Notes under the pieces: generated by a model | The model's input: only the letters and a program-made list of their open reading frames with translations | The model's database searches: none | What the model was told of the DNA's origin: nothing | Translations under genes and position numbers: made by a program | Assembly: GCA_963723515.1 (NCBI GenBank) | Contig: CAVRQT010000003.1 | Coordinates: 1,017,088 to 1,081,087, forward strand | Source of the DNA: Vulcanimicrobiota bacterium | GTDB lineage: Bacteria; Vulcanimicrobiota; Vulcanimicrobiia; Vulcanimicrobiales; Vulcanimicrobiaceae | Direction of reading: 5' to 3' | Length of the DNA stretch: 64,000 nt | In this document: piece by piece, positions 1 through 10,432 of the stretch | How the letters are laid out: every line of letters begins with the position of its first letter | How positions within the stretch are numbered: the first letter of the stretch is position 1

Positions 1-1352
1 AAAAGGACAGAACTATTCCAGAGTGCTTCTCGTCGGACTCGGCGAGCAAGAGAAGTTTGAGCCCAGCGTATTGGCACGCTACGCAGGCGCAGCGGTTCGC
101 TATCTCGGCAAGAGAAAGGTAAGAGACATCGCGTTCGTTCTTCCGGAACGTCGCCAAAGGCAACGAAACGGCGGCTGCGTCGTTCATCGTCGAAGGCGCG
201 CTGACCGGCACGATCGATACGACGATCTATCAAAACGAGCCGGACCGCGCGATCGACATTGAACAGATCACGATCTTCGGTGAAGGCTTCGATCGCGCAG
301 CGCTCGAGCGCGGAGCGGCACGCGGCCAGATTATCGGCGAAGCGGTCAACGCAGCGCGTCGCATGGCATTGACTCCGGCGAACGACATGACGCCAACGCA
401 TATGGCGGCGCGTGCGCGCGAGCTTGCGCAGGACGCTGGTCTAGAAATCGAGGTTCTCGATGAAGAGCGGATGCGTTCGCTCGGCATGGGTTCGCTGCTG
501 AGCGTCGCGCAAGGCACCGACCAACCGGCGACGATGACGATTCTGACGTACAAAGGCGATCCGGGCAGCAAAGAAGTGCTCGCGCTTGTCGGCAAGGGCA
601 TCACCTTCGATTCGGGCGGCATCTCGATCAAACCGGCCGAGAAGATGCACGAGATGAAGTACGACATGTCTGGAGCTGCGGGCGTCATCGCGGCAATGCA
701 CGCGATCGGCAAATTGCGGCCGAAGGTCAACGTCATCGGAATCGCTCCCGCAACTGAAAACCTGCCCGGACCGCGCGCAACGAAGCCCGGCGACATTTTC
801 CGAGCGATGAACGGCAAGACGATCGAGGTGATCAATACGGACGCCGAAGGGCGTTTGATTTTGGCAGACGGACTCTGCTACGCAAACAAACTCGGCGCAA
901 CAAAGATTGTCGATGCGGCGACCTTGACCGGCGCCTGCGTGATTGCCCTCGGACACGCGGCGAGCGCAGCGATGGGCAACGACGAGGATTTCATGCAGCA
1001 ATTTCTCGCCGCCGCGAAACCGACCGGCGAGCGATATTGGCAGATGCCGCTGTACGACGACTACTCGACGGCGGTCAAGAGCGAGATCGCGGATCTTTCA
1101 AACTCCGCCGGTCGACCGGCGGGAACATTGACGGCGGGCGCATTCTTGAAAGCGTTCGTCGATAAGACGCCGTGGGTGCATCTGGATATCGCCGGCACCG
1201 CATACCTCGACAGCGAGTCGGCATGGCAGGCAAAAGGGCCGACCGGCACGCCGGTGCGCGCGTTCATCGCGCTCGCCGAAGCGCTTGCCGGCGGCGACGG
1301 CAAAGTGCGGCCGAACGGTGCGACCGCGACGGTAAAAGCCGGGGCAGCCTAG
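1..1352 (+). CDS. pepA: Leucyl aminopeptidase (M17), 5'-partial, frameshifted
   Basis: Motifs VGKGITFDSGG, MKYDMSGA, NTDAEGRL, HLDIAG; N-terminal part is in another frame (23..262). Confidence 0.93.
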
Positions 1353-1355
1353 ACC

Positions 1356-1379
1356 TGTCACGCTGAGCTCGTCGAAGCG
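1356..1379. repeat. REP-like palindromic unit
   Basis: tgtcacgctgagctcgtcgaagcg directly after the pepA stop. Confidence 0.8.
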
Positions 1380-1398
1380 CCGCGAAAGGCGTTAAATA

Positions 1399-2253
1399 AT
1401 GGCTACACAAATCGAAACTACGCCTAAAGCGGCTGAGCGTGAAACGCGGGTAAAGCGTGCGCGCCGTGTAACTGCGATCAACATCGCGCGGCGCAAGAAT
1501 GCGGCTGAACCGTTCGCGGTGATGACCGCTTACGATGCCGCCTTTGCGCGCTGCGCCGAAGAAGCCGGCATCGACATCCTTCTCGTCGGCGATAGCGTTG
1601 GCACGGTCGTCTTGGGCTACGATTCGACGGTGCCGGTGACGCTCGAAGATATGATCCATCACACGGCGGCGGTTGCGCGCGGAACAAAGCACGCGCACAT
1701 CATCGGCGACATGCCCTTCGGTTCGTATCAAACGAGCGACGCCGAAGCGGTGCGTTCAGCCAGCCGGCTGGTTCAAGAGGGACGCGCTTCGTCGGTGAAA
1801 CTCGAAGGCGGCGTTCGCGCCGCGGACCGCATTCGCGCGATCGTCGCGGCGGGGATTCCCGTCATGGGGCATATCGGCGTGTTGCCGCAAACGGCAGGCT
1901 TGGGACCTGGATTCAAAATGCGCACGAATCGCGAGCGGCTGCTCGACGATGCGCGCGCCGTGCAAGACGCAGGCGCCTACGCGATCGTGCTTGAGGTTGT
2001 CGGCAGCGATATCGCGGAGCAAATCACGCGTGAGTTAAAAATTCCAACGATCGGCATCGGTTCGGGGCCGGCATGCGACGGTCAGGTGCTCGTGCTCTAC
2101 GACATGTTAGGGCTCTACGAAGAGCCGCCGTCGTTCGTTAAACAATATGCTGATCTCGGCACGCAAGCGGTTCGCGCGCTGGAGCAATTCGCGGCAGGAC
2201 GTCGCCTCCCGCAAATACCCCCACAGTCACGCGAGCTACCCGTGTCACGCTGA
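1399..2253 (+). CDS. panB: 3-methyl-2-oxobutanoate hydroxymethyltransferase
   Basis: MTAYD, LVGDS, DMPFGSY, VKLEGG, CDGQVLV motifs; C-terminus probably frameshifted and runs into a repeat. Confidence 0.95.
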   Translation: MATQIETTPKAAERETRVKRARRVTAINIARRKNAAEPFAVMTAYDAAFARCAEEAGIDILLVGDSVGTVVLGYDSTVPVTLEDMIHHTAAVARGTKHAHIIGDMPFGSYQTSDAEAVRSASRLVQEGRASSVKLEGGVRAADRIRAIVAAGIPVMGHIGVLPQTAGLGPGFKMRTNRERLLDDARAVQDAGAYAIVLEVVGSDIAEQITRELKIPTIGIGSGPACDGQVLVLYDMLGLYEEPPSFVKQYADLGTQAVRALEQFAAGRRLPQIPPQSRELPVSR

Positions 2254-2768
2254 GCTTGTCACGCTGCATGACCGTGCTGAGCCTGTCGAAGCATCGAAGG
2301 GCTTGATCGAAGCACCGCGATGCTGCGATAGTCCCGTGTCACATTGAGCTTGTCGAATTGCGCCAGCCATGCTTCGCGCGCGCATGACACTGTCACGCTG
2401 AGCTTGTCGATAGTCGCTCTCGACTGACCGACGCGTTTTCTGTGTCACCTGAGCTGTCGAAGCGCCGCGATGACCGCGCGTTTTCTCTGTCACGCTGAGC
2501 TTGTCGAAGCGCCAGCGACATCGCGACTGTTGCGATAGTCCCAGTGTCACATTGAGCTTGTCGAAATGTGACGTTGCTTCCCAGCCATGCTTCGACAAGC
2601 TCAGCATGACACTGGGACAACCGTAAAGTATTACGATTACGGTTGCGCTTCGCGAAGCTCAGCATGACACCGGGACAACCGTAAATTATTACGATTACGG
2701 TTGCCCTTCGACAAGCTCAGGGTGACAGAGTGAGCTCAGGGTGACAGAGTGAGCTCAGGGTGACACCG
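2243..2768. repeat. REP-like cluster (about 11 full or partial units, first forward then reverse)
   Basis: Repeated tgtcacRYtgagcttgtcga followed by ttcgacaagctcagSRtgaca; duplicated spacers. Confidence 0.88.
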
Positions 2769-2784
2769 GGAGCGTCAGCCATTC

Positions 2785-3373
2785 CTAAAGCGACGTTGCC
2801 GCGGCTATGGCCGCCGCCATTGCGAGCTTGTGATCTTTGTTCCATGGCGGCCCGAGCGTGCTGCGCATTCGAACAAAGTGAGCATCGAAGTTCTCGACGT
2901 GTAACGCCTTGCTCGCCTTATCTAGCACGTTTTTCGTGTCGTACCAGTAAACGGGCCAGCCCCGCGTTTGCGCAGCGGCAGCAATCGCTTTGCGATACAT
3001 CACCCAATCGGCAAGGTTTCTTGAACGATAATCTTTGATTCGTTCGGCAATCGTGGCCGGAAGATCCGGACAACTTCGAAGGGCGACACCGATGATATGC
3101 GGTACCGCCGCGCGCCACGGCGTCCAGCGCGAGTACCGCATGTCGCTCTGCCGAAACGCGCACGCGATCAACCAGCGCGACAGCTGCGTCGATCGGCATC
3201 ATTTGGCCTTCATGGTGATGAGGAAGCGCCGGCAGCGCGTCGTCAACAAGCTCGACGCGGCGGCGATCGAGCAGCGTCCCATCGCGCGCTATTGTCACCA
3301 ACACCGCCCAGCCGCCGTGATCGGATACGCCGATGATGCCTTTCTTGGACGCGTTCTTACTTCGATGGAGCAT
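2785..3373 (-). CDS. Conserved-looking hypothetical protein, one frameshift
   Basis: ORFs 2918..3373 (GIIGVSDHGGWAVLV) and 2785..3171 (ADWVMYRKAIA..LGPPW) join into one coherent protein. Confidence 0.7.
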
Positions 3374-3386
3374 GATAGCGGTGGCG

Positions 3387-3464
3387 CTTCGACAAGCTCA
3401 GCGTGACACAGCGCTCAGCGTGACACACACTGCTCAGGGTGACAGAGCGTACTCAGCGTGACAC
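3387..3464. repeat. REP-like unit plus three truncated tandem copies
   Basis: gcttcgacaagctcagcgtgaca followed by 3x ctcagSgtgaca. Confidence 0.8.
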
Positions 3465-3490
3465 GAAGCGGGCCGCTGTGCGGTTCTAAC

Positions 3491-4858
3491 TTAGCTCGCG
3501 GCGGAGCGAGGTTGATGCGTTGAAGGCACGTTCGGATATTTGCCCGTGAGGCAACCAAGACACATTTCTTCTCGCTTACGACCCGTGGCGCGCACCAGAC
3601 CCTCAAGGCTCAAATATCCAAGTGAATCGGCGCCGATCCGTTCGCGAATCTCCGGCACCGAGTAGTTGGCGGCGATTAATTCATCGTACGTCGCCATATC
3701 CACGCCCAAGTAGCACGGATGTTTGATCGGCGGAGAGTGAACACGCACGTGAACCTCCGTGGCCCCCGCTTCCCGCAACAATTGCACGATATGAGGCTTC
3801 GTGGTAGCGCGCACGATCGAGTCATCAACGACGACGACGCGTTGTCCCTGTAAATTCTCAACAACCGGATTGAACTTCAGCTGTACGCCGCGGTTGCGCA
3901 TCTGTTGATCCGGGCTGATGAACGTACGTCCGATATAGCGGTTCTTGATCAACCCTTCGATGTACGGCAGCCCACTTTCCATTGCGTAGCCCAAGCCGCC
4001 GGGAATCGCAGAATCCGGGACGGCCATAACGACATCGGCGTTGGCCGGATGCTCTTTGGCGAGTTCCCGCCCCATCGCGTAACGAGCCATGTAGATCGTT
4101 CGCCCGTCGAGCGTCGAATCGGGACGCGCGAAGTAGATGTACTCGAACATGCAAAATCCCGGCGTCACATCGCTCTCGACTCTGCGGCTCTCAACGCCGC
4201 TCTTGCTGATACGAACGACTTCGCCGCGCTCCAACTCGCGAATATACTTTGCGCCAACCGTCGCGAGCGCACACGACTCAGAAGCGAGCACATAGACTCC
4301 ATCGCCCAACTGGCCAAGGCAGAGCGGTCGCACGCCCCAAGAATCGCGGAAGCCGTACAGCTCGTCGCGCGTGCACAAAACCACCGAGTATGCGCCGCGG
4401 GCACGGTTCATGACACCGCAGATCCGCTCCATCATCGTGCCCTCGCCCTCGACGATCAGCTTCGCGAGGACTTCCGAGTCAGATGTGGCTTGTAAGATCG
4501 TCGTTGGCGCGAGCGTTTCGCGTAATTCATCGGTGTTCGTCAAGTTGCCGTTGTGCGCGAACGCAAAATCGCCGACTTCACTGCTTTCAAGCAGCGGCTG
4601 CGCATTGACGACGATCGAGGACCCGCTCGTCGAGTAACGCGTGTGCCCTACGGCGATGTAGCCGCTGAGCTGCGAGAGGATCTCTTCATCGAAGATTGCC
4701 GAGAGCAGCCCCATCTCGCGATGCGAGCGGATCGTGCCGCCATCCGAAACGGCGATTCCGGCGGACTCTTGGCCGCGGTGCTGCAGCGCATACAGTCCGA
4801 AGAACGCGAGGCGCGCTGCATCATGCCCGGGAGCAAAAACCCCCGTGATGCCGCACAT
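3491..4858 (-). CDS. purF: Amidophosphoribosyltransferase
   Basis: N-terminal MCGI, LQHRGQESAGI, GHTRYST, VVVVDDSIVR. Confidence 0.97.
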   Translation of the reverse strand: MCGITGVFAPGHDAARLAFFGLYALQHRGQESAGIAVSDGGTIRSHREMGLLSAIFDEEILSQLSGYIAVGHTRYSTSGSSIVVNAQPLLESSEVGDFAFAHNGNLTNTDELRETLAPTTILQATSDSEVLAKLIVEGEGTMMERICGVMNRARGAYSVVLCTRDELYGFRDSWGVRPLCLGQLGDGVYVLASESCALATVGAKYIRELERGEVVRISKSGVESRRVESDVTPGFCMFEYIYFARPDSTLDGRTIYMARYAMGRELAKEHPANADVVMAVPDSAIPGGLGYAMESGLPYIEGLIKNRYIGRTFISPDQQMRNRGVQLKFNPVVENLQGQRVVVVDDSIVRATTKPHIVQLLREAGATEVHVRVHSPPIKHPCYLGVDMATYDELIAANYSVPEIRERIGADSLGYLSLEGLVRATGRKREEMCLGCLTGKYPNVPSTHQPRSAAS

Positions 4859-4861
4859 AAC

Positions 4862-6208
4862 TTAGCCGGCGCTCTCGGTCCGCATTACACTCATTGTAAC
4901 ACCCTGGGCACTGCCAGCGGCTGCAAGGCCCTAGTCGAGGCGGCCGATGTCCGTGCGATACGTGAGCAAAGAGGCCTCGCCGTCAAACCGCTTGGCCAGC
5001 GCTTGGACCCCCTCGTAAGCACGGCTTCGTGCACGCTCGATTGTCTCTCCAAGCGCGCGTCACCGTGATGACACGGCCTCCAGCCGCGTCGACAGCGCCG
5101 TCGTGAAGTGCCGAACCGCCCCAAAACGCTTGCGTACTTTCCGCCAACACAATATCCGCCGGCAAAGCCTTCAACGGCGTACTGCGGGCCGGGTAGTCGG
5201 CCGTCGCCAAGACGACCCCAACGCATGCCTTCTCGGAGAAGGACGTCAAGCTTGGATCCATCGCGCCGTCCGCGACACTCTTGAGAAAGGCCGCGAAGTC
5301 GCCGCTCACCCGCGGCATCAGCACTTGCGTTTCCGGATCGCCGAAACGTGCATTGAATTCAATCACCGCGGGTCCGCCTTGCGTCCACATCAGCCCGCAA
5401 TAAAGAACGCCGATGTAGCGTTCACCTTCGGCCAACAACCCTCGCAATACCGGACCAAGAATTTGCTCGCGTACGCGATCGGTTAGATCTTCCGGAAAGC
5501 CGTGCGGCGGCGAGTACGCACCCATGCCGCCCGTGTTTGGACCGGTGTCGCCGTCCCCGGCGCGCTTGTAGTCGCACGCCGACGCAAACGGCAACATCGC
5601 GCGCCCATCGCAAATGGCGAAGACGCTGACTTCTCGGCCCTCAAGCCGCTCCTCAAGCAATAGGGCGCTCCCGCCGCCGGGTATGCTGTTGTGCTCGTAC
5701 CACTCCGCCACAACAGCGCGCGCGGCAGAAACGTCCGGCGCAACGACAACGCCCTTCCCTGCCGCTAAACCGTCGGCTTTGATGACGCAGGAGCCGCTCC
5801 ACTGATCGAGCGCGCTCTTTGCCGCATCAAGAGAATGGATGACAACGGCGCGCGCCGTCGGCACACCGTGTCGTTCCATGAAGCGCTTCGCAAAGATCTT
5901 GCTCGATTCAAGGCGGCCGCCCGAACGATCCGGCCCGAAGGTCGCGATCCCGTTCGCGCGGAGGTGATCTGCCGACACCGGCAGCGATTGCAGTTTCCGG
6001 ACCGACAACGACGAGATCGATGCGCTCTTCGCGAGCACGTTTGGCGAGCGCCTTGCCGTTGGTCGGCGTCGATTTCCCAGTTGGCGCCACGCGTTGCTGT
6101 TCCCGCATTTCCGGGCGCGGCAAAAATCGCTTCACATGAGGGCGAAGCGGCCAGCCGCCAAGACAGCGCATCCTCGCGCGCGCCGTTTCCGATAACAAGG
6201 ATTCGCAT
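4862..6208 (-). CDS. purD: Phosphoribosylamine-glycine ligase, frameshifted
   Basis: MRILVIGNGARE, KADGLAAGKGV, GPNTGGMG, EFNARFGDPE, spread over three frames. Confidence 0.93.
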
Positions 6209-6231
6209 GAATTCGCTAGCGGTTCGGCGTC

Positions 6232-6626
6232 CTAACCCGCTACCTGCTCAAGCAGTGATTGCGTCGTCTTGAGCAGCGCGTCGGCATCTGCATCAGGATT
6301 TTGAACGAACGCGATCACATTTGATTGTCCTCTCACGCTCCCGCTCACAAGACGAGCGCGAATTTCATTTCCGTTGATCGTATCACGCAAGTCGAATCGT
6401 TTCGGTTGTCCTGCCAAACGGCTTCGGATTTTGTCTTGTAGCGCTTTCGCGGTCCTCGCCGGCAATTGTATTGGCGCACTGGCGATCACGATCAACGTCT
6501 TGCCGTGCGGCACAGTCGTCCTCAAGCCCATCTTGCAATCGTTCAATAAACCCAAGTGCGACTCTTATCGAACCGCAAACCGCGTTTCGCCAGGCGGTTT
6601 TGCTCCAAAAGACGCCGGTTGATCAT
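6232..6626 (-). CDS. Small hypothetical protein, probable frameshift
   Basis: ATG overlaps the guaA stop (ATGA); continues into ORF 6232..6555. Confidence 0.5.
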
Positions 6627-8212
6627 TCCCATTCCACCGTCGAGGGCGGCTTCGAGGTGATGTCATACGCCACGCGATTGACTCCCGGCACTTCGTTGAC
6701 GATTCGGCTACTGATTCGTTCGAGCAGCGATTCCGGAAGCCGCGCCCAATCCGCCGTCATACCGTCTTGGCTCGTGATCGCGCGCACCGCGACGAGGTTC
6801 GCATACGTTCGGCCATCGCCCATCACGCCAACGCTGAGCAGCGGCGTCAAAACGGCAAAATATTGCCACGGCTTCGGATCGAGTTTTGCGCGCTCGATTT
6901 CATCGCGCACGATCGCATCGGCCTCGCGCACGATCGTCAAGCGCTCTTCCGAAACCGCGCCAAGAACGCGGACCGCAAGTCCTGGGCCTGGAAACGGCTG
7001 GCGCTCCACGATATGCGCCGGCAATCCCAAAACGCGCCCCACAGCTCGAACTTCATCTTTAAAGAGCGAGCGCAGGGGCTCAACGAGTTCCAGCGACATG
7101 ACTTCGGGCAGACCGCCGACGTTATGATGCGATTTGATCTTGTGCCCTGCTTGCGACTGCGGCGTCTTCGACTCGATCACGTCCGGATAGAGCGTACCCT
7201 GAACGAGAAACTTGACGTTGGGAATCTTCGCCGCTTCTTCCTCGAAGATCGTAATGAACTCGTGACCGATTCGAATCCGTTTCTCTTCCGGATCGACAAT
7301 ACCGGCGAGACGTTCGAGGAATCGGTTGCGCGCATCGACGGCGACGACGTTGAGATGCATGACGTCGCCGAAGGCCTGCACGACACTGCTCGCCTCATTC
7401 TTGCGCAGCAGGCCGTTGTCAACGAAGATACACGTCAATTGTTCACCGACCGCCTGCGAGACAAGCGTGGCGGCAACGGCTGAATCGACGCCGCCCGAGA
7501 GGGCGCAGATGACTTTCGAATCGCCAACCTGCTCGCGAATCTCGGCGATCGCACGCTCGACGAACGACTCCATGCGCCACTCGTCACCGATCTCGGCAAT
7601 TCGATGCAGGAAGTTGTCCAGGATCTGCGTTCCATATTCCGTTTGCACGACTTCGGGATGGAATTGCACGCCGTAAATCCGCCGCTCATCGTCACCCATC
7701 GCGGCGATGTTGCAACGATCTGTCGAGGCAAGCGTTTGAAATCCGGAAGGCGGTTCGAGAACGGAGTCGCCGTGCGACATCCACACGCGCGATCGAGCGG
7801 CAACGCCGGCGAAGAGCGGGCTTTCGGGGCGCTCAACGCGCAACTCCGCTGGACCGTATTCGCGACGTTCTAAGGGAACCAGATTCGCGTGCAGGTGACG
7901 CGCAATCAATTGCATGCCGTAGCAGATGCCGAGCATCGGCACGCCGCTTTGCACGATTTCGGGATCCATCGCCGGCGCATTTGGCACGAGCACGCTTTCC
8001 GGTCCACCGGTCAAGATGATCGCGGCAGGCGAACGCGCCGCGAGCTCTCTCCACGGCGTGTTGTGCGGAACGATTTCGCAATACACGTGCGCTTCGCGCG
8101 TCCGGCGCGCGATCAGTTGACTGTACTGGGCGCCGAAATCGAGGATGAAGACCGTTGCCGGAAGCTTCGACGAATGCCGATCTTCGCGAGCGGGGGATAT
8201 CATCTGTTCCAA
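6623..8212 (-). CDS. guaA: GMP synthase (glutamine-hydrolysing)
   Basis: LDFGAQYSQLI, GICYGMQ, QFHPEV, SGGVDS, KPPSTVEWE. Confidence 0.98.
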   Translation of the reverse strand: MEQMISPAREDRHSSKLPATVFILDFGAQYSQLIARRTREAHVYCEIVPHNTPWRELAARSPAAIILTGGPESVLVPNAPAMDPEIVQSGVPMLGICYGMQLIARHLHANLVPLERREYGPAELRVERPESPLFAGVAARSRVWMSHGDSVLEPPSGFQTLASTDRCNIAAMGDDERRIYGVQFHPEVVQTEYGTQILDNFLHRIAEIGDEWRMESFVERAIAEIREQVGDSKVICALSGGVDSAVAATLVSQAVGEQLTCIFVDNGLLRKNEASSVVQAFGDVMHLNVVAVDARNRFLERLAGIVDPEEKRIRIGHEFITIFEEEAAKIPNVKFLVQGTLYPDVIESKTPQSQAGHKIKSHHNVGGLPEVMSLELVEPLRSLFKDEVRAVGRVLGLPAHIVERQPFPGPGLAVRVLGAVSEERLTIVREADAIVRDEIERAKLDPKPWQYFAVLTPLLSVGVMGDGRTYANLVAVRAITSQDGMTADWARLPESLLERISSRIVNEVPGVNRVAYDITSKPPSTVEWE

Positions 8213-8219
8213 TTCGGGG

Positions 8220-9337
8220 CTAGGTGACGATGTCCGTTAGACGGCCGGCATCGCGCGCAAAAACGACTTCCATCGCGATGCGCTCGCCGACCGAAACATC
8301 GCGCCCCCATCGATACGCGGAGTACGGCGTGAAGCGCGTGCCGGGCGATCCCGGTATGCGCAAAGAGACATCGTAACAGACAAACTCCTTCGGCGGGCCG
8401 GCGACGATGACGCACTGCAACGCGAAGGGCCCGATGATTCCGGGCGCATGAGCTTCGGCCGCGGCTGCGACAAATCGCTCTCCCATCGCAAACGCCTGCT
8501 CGAGCATCGACTCGGTCAGCGTCGTTGAGATGTGGCCCGCTTCTTCCATCCGCACCGCGACATCCATAACGTCCGCAAGCGCTGCCGGCGGAACGCCTCG
8601 CAACCCTTCGAGATTCGTTTGCCGCCGCGTATCGGTGCCGGAGAGTTCGAGTTCGCGTAAGATCGGTGAATAAAAGAAATTCAAATTGACCGAAGGACCA
8701 AGCGCATACTCCTCGATCCGCGCCGCTTGCAGCGACGCTTCGGTCAGCACGCCGCCCGCGATCAATCGCTGCGAGATCTCATCGATATTGCTTGGGCGAG
8801 GAACAGAGAAAGAAAGCGCGTTCAAACGATACTTGCGCATGCGCCGCCTTCACGATAACGAGGCGATCGATCTCATCCGCCGACGCGAATTGAATCGGAT
8901 GCCGAACCTGCGCTCGACGCATCAATCCGTACTGGTTCTCCGCTTCTTCCCGCTCTTCGGCCCGCAGCAGCTTGCGATTGCCGAAGATCGGAACGCGCAT
9001 CCCCTGCTCGATTTGATCGTAGGTGTACTTCTGGTGCAGATAGACTTCGAAGGAACGGTTCGGAACAAAGATTACTTGCTCTGCGATCAGCCGCTGTTGA
9101 ATCGCATCGTCGAGCAATTCGGTGAAATTCTGCTAGCTCGAGCGTCTGATCGACGCAGCCACGCCGCGGGTCTTCACGGTTCTTGAAGTACTGCGTGTAG
9201 GTTTTTTCGCGCCCCCTAGCGGTGACGATCAAGTTTCGCAGACCGCAGGCTCGAGCGCCGGCAGCAACCTCTAAAGCGGAGTGGCTGCCGATCGAGCAGA
9301 GGGTTAAACGGCTCGGATCATACTGTGCAATGTCCAC
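8220..9337 (-). CDS. PurP-like ATP-grasp protein (DUF1246/DUF1297 family), frameshifted
   Basis: IGSHSALE, VPNRSF, FGNRKLLRAEER, NFFYSP, GPFALQ, DVSLRIPGSP across ORFs 8873..9337, 8779..9117 and 8220..8840. Confidence 0.85.
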
Positions 9338-10414
9338 TTACGAAGACAAGAGCTCGCGCGCTTGCTGCGTATCTTGATATTCAACCGTCAAAATCGTTCG
9401 CAAATGCGTCGCACTGCTGTGCGCCTCCGGGGTCTGGATTCTTTCCAATGCCTTATACGTTGCGAGCAACAGCGCGGGCAATTCGTGGTCGCGCGGATAC
9501 ACTCTGTGCAGATCGTCGACCGATTCGGCCAAAAGGACGCCCGCTTGCGACTCATGTGAACCCCAACCGGCATCGAGATAGGCGTTGAGACGATGCAACT
9601 CGTTGCGCATGCCCAGCACCGACATCCCGGTTCGGCCGAAATACTCATCGGCGGGCGCGGTGATCGTCAGATATTTTTCATGGCTGATGATGTTGACGCT
9701 GCCGACGAGATGCAGCGGATCGACCGCTTTTAGTCGCGCCAGTAGCCGCCTTGCGTTGAACTGGTCGTCCAGCGTATACGGCGGAACGCCGTTTGAAGCG
9801 TTGCGCGCCGCGTTGAGAAAATCCGAGCCCCACGTCGTGGGCAGTTGGGCGATCGGAAACGTTGATTTGGCGGCGCGCGAAAAGGCGAGGCTGCGCCACG
9901 AAGCGTCACGCGTGAGCAGATATCCGCGCCAATCAGCCTCGACTTGCTGAATCAAAGCGTCGGGATCGTGCGCATAGGTCTGCAGATTGGCGGTTGCGTC
10001 TTGATCGGCGAGGCGCGCCAGGGTCTGCGGATCTTCTTCGGCATCCACGCGACGTATTAATTCGCTCGCCTTCTGCGCTTCATCGCCGGGATCGTGCTGC
10101 TGCATGTACAGTGCCGCTTCACGCACGTACCACGTTGCGGCATCATGGTTCGTGAGCGGATTGTAGTGCAGCCTCGAACCAACATCCACGGTCAGTTGCG
10201 CCACTTCGGCGTAGTTTGGATCGTCGGGCGATTGCAGCGAGTACGCGCGCCCGGCATTAAAAATCGCCGCCAAATAATACAGTTGATCGACGAATTGCCA
10301 GCCGTGCGCCGCGCCTTTTTCAAACGAGGCCTTCATGTCGTTGTAGAGTGTTTGCGGATCCGCAACAAGCGCGGCCGATGCCCGCAGGGGAAGCACGAGA
10401 GCAGCCGCCAGCAC
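9338..10414 (-). CDS. Hypothetical helical protein with signal-peptide-like N-terminus
   Basis: 358-aa intact ORF; N-terminus MLAAALVLPLRASAA. Confidence 0.7.
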   Translation of the reverse strand: MLAAALVLPLRASAALVADPQTLYNDMKASFEKGAAHGWQFVDQLYYLAAIFNAGRAYSLQSPDDPNYAEVAQLTVDVGSRLHYNPLTNHDAATWYVREAALYMQQHDPGDEAQKASELIRRVDAEEDPQTLARLADQDATANLQTYAHDPDALIQQVEADWRGYLLTRDASWRSLAFSRAAKSTFPIAQLPTTWGSDFLNAARNASNGVPPYTLDDQFNARRLLARLKAVDPLHLVGSVNIISHEKYLTITAPADEYFGRTGMSVLGMRNELHRLNAYLDAGWGSHESQAGVLLAESVDDLHRVYPRDHELPALLLATYKALERIQTPEAHSSATHLRTILTVEYQDTQQARELLSS

Positions 10415-10432
10415 GGCTAGCCGTGGCGAACT

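Noticed and set aside
2245..2665. Short ORFs in repeat clusters (VTLSLSK, RQAQCD, FDKLSVT peptides; also near 29533, 30111 and 62779)
   Set aside because: They are translations of the REP-like palindrome
2243..2768. CRISPR array
   Set aside because: Orientation flips mid-array, spacers are duplicated and of uneven length, the same unit is scattered through the window, and there are no cas genes
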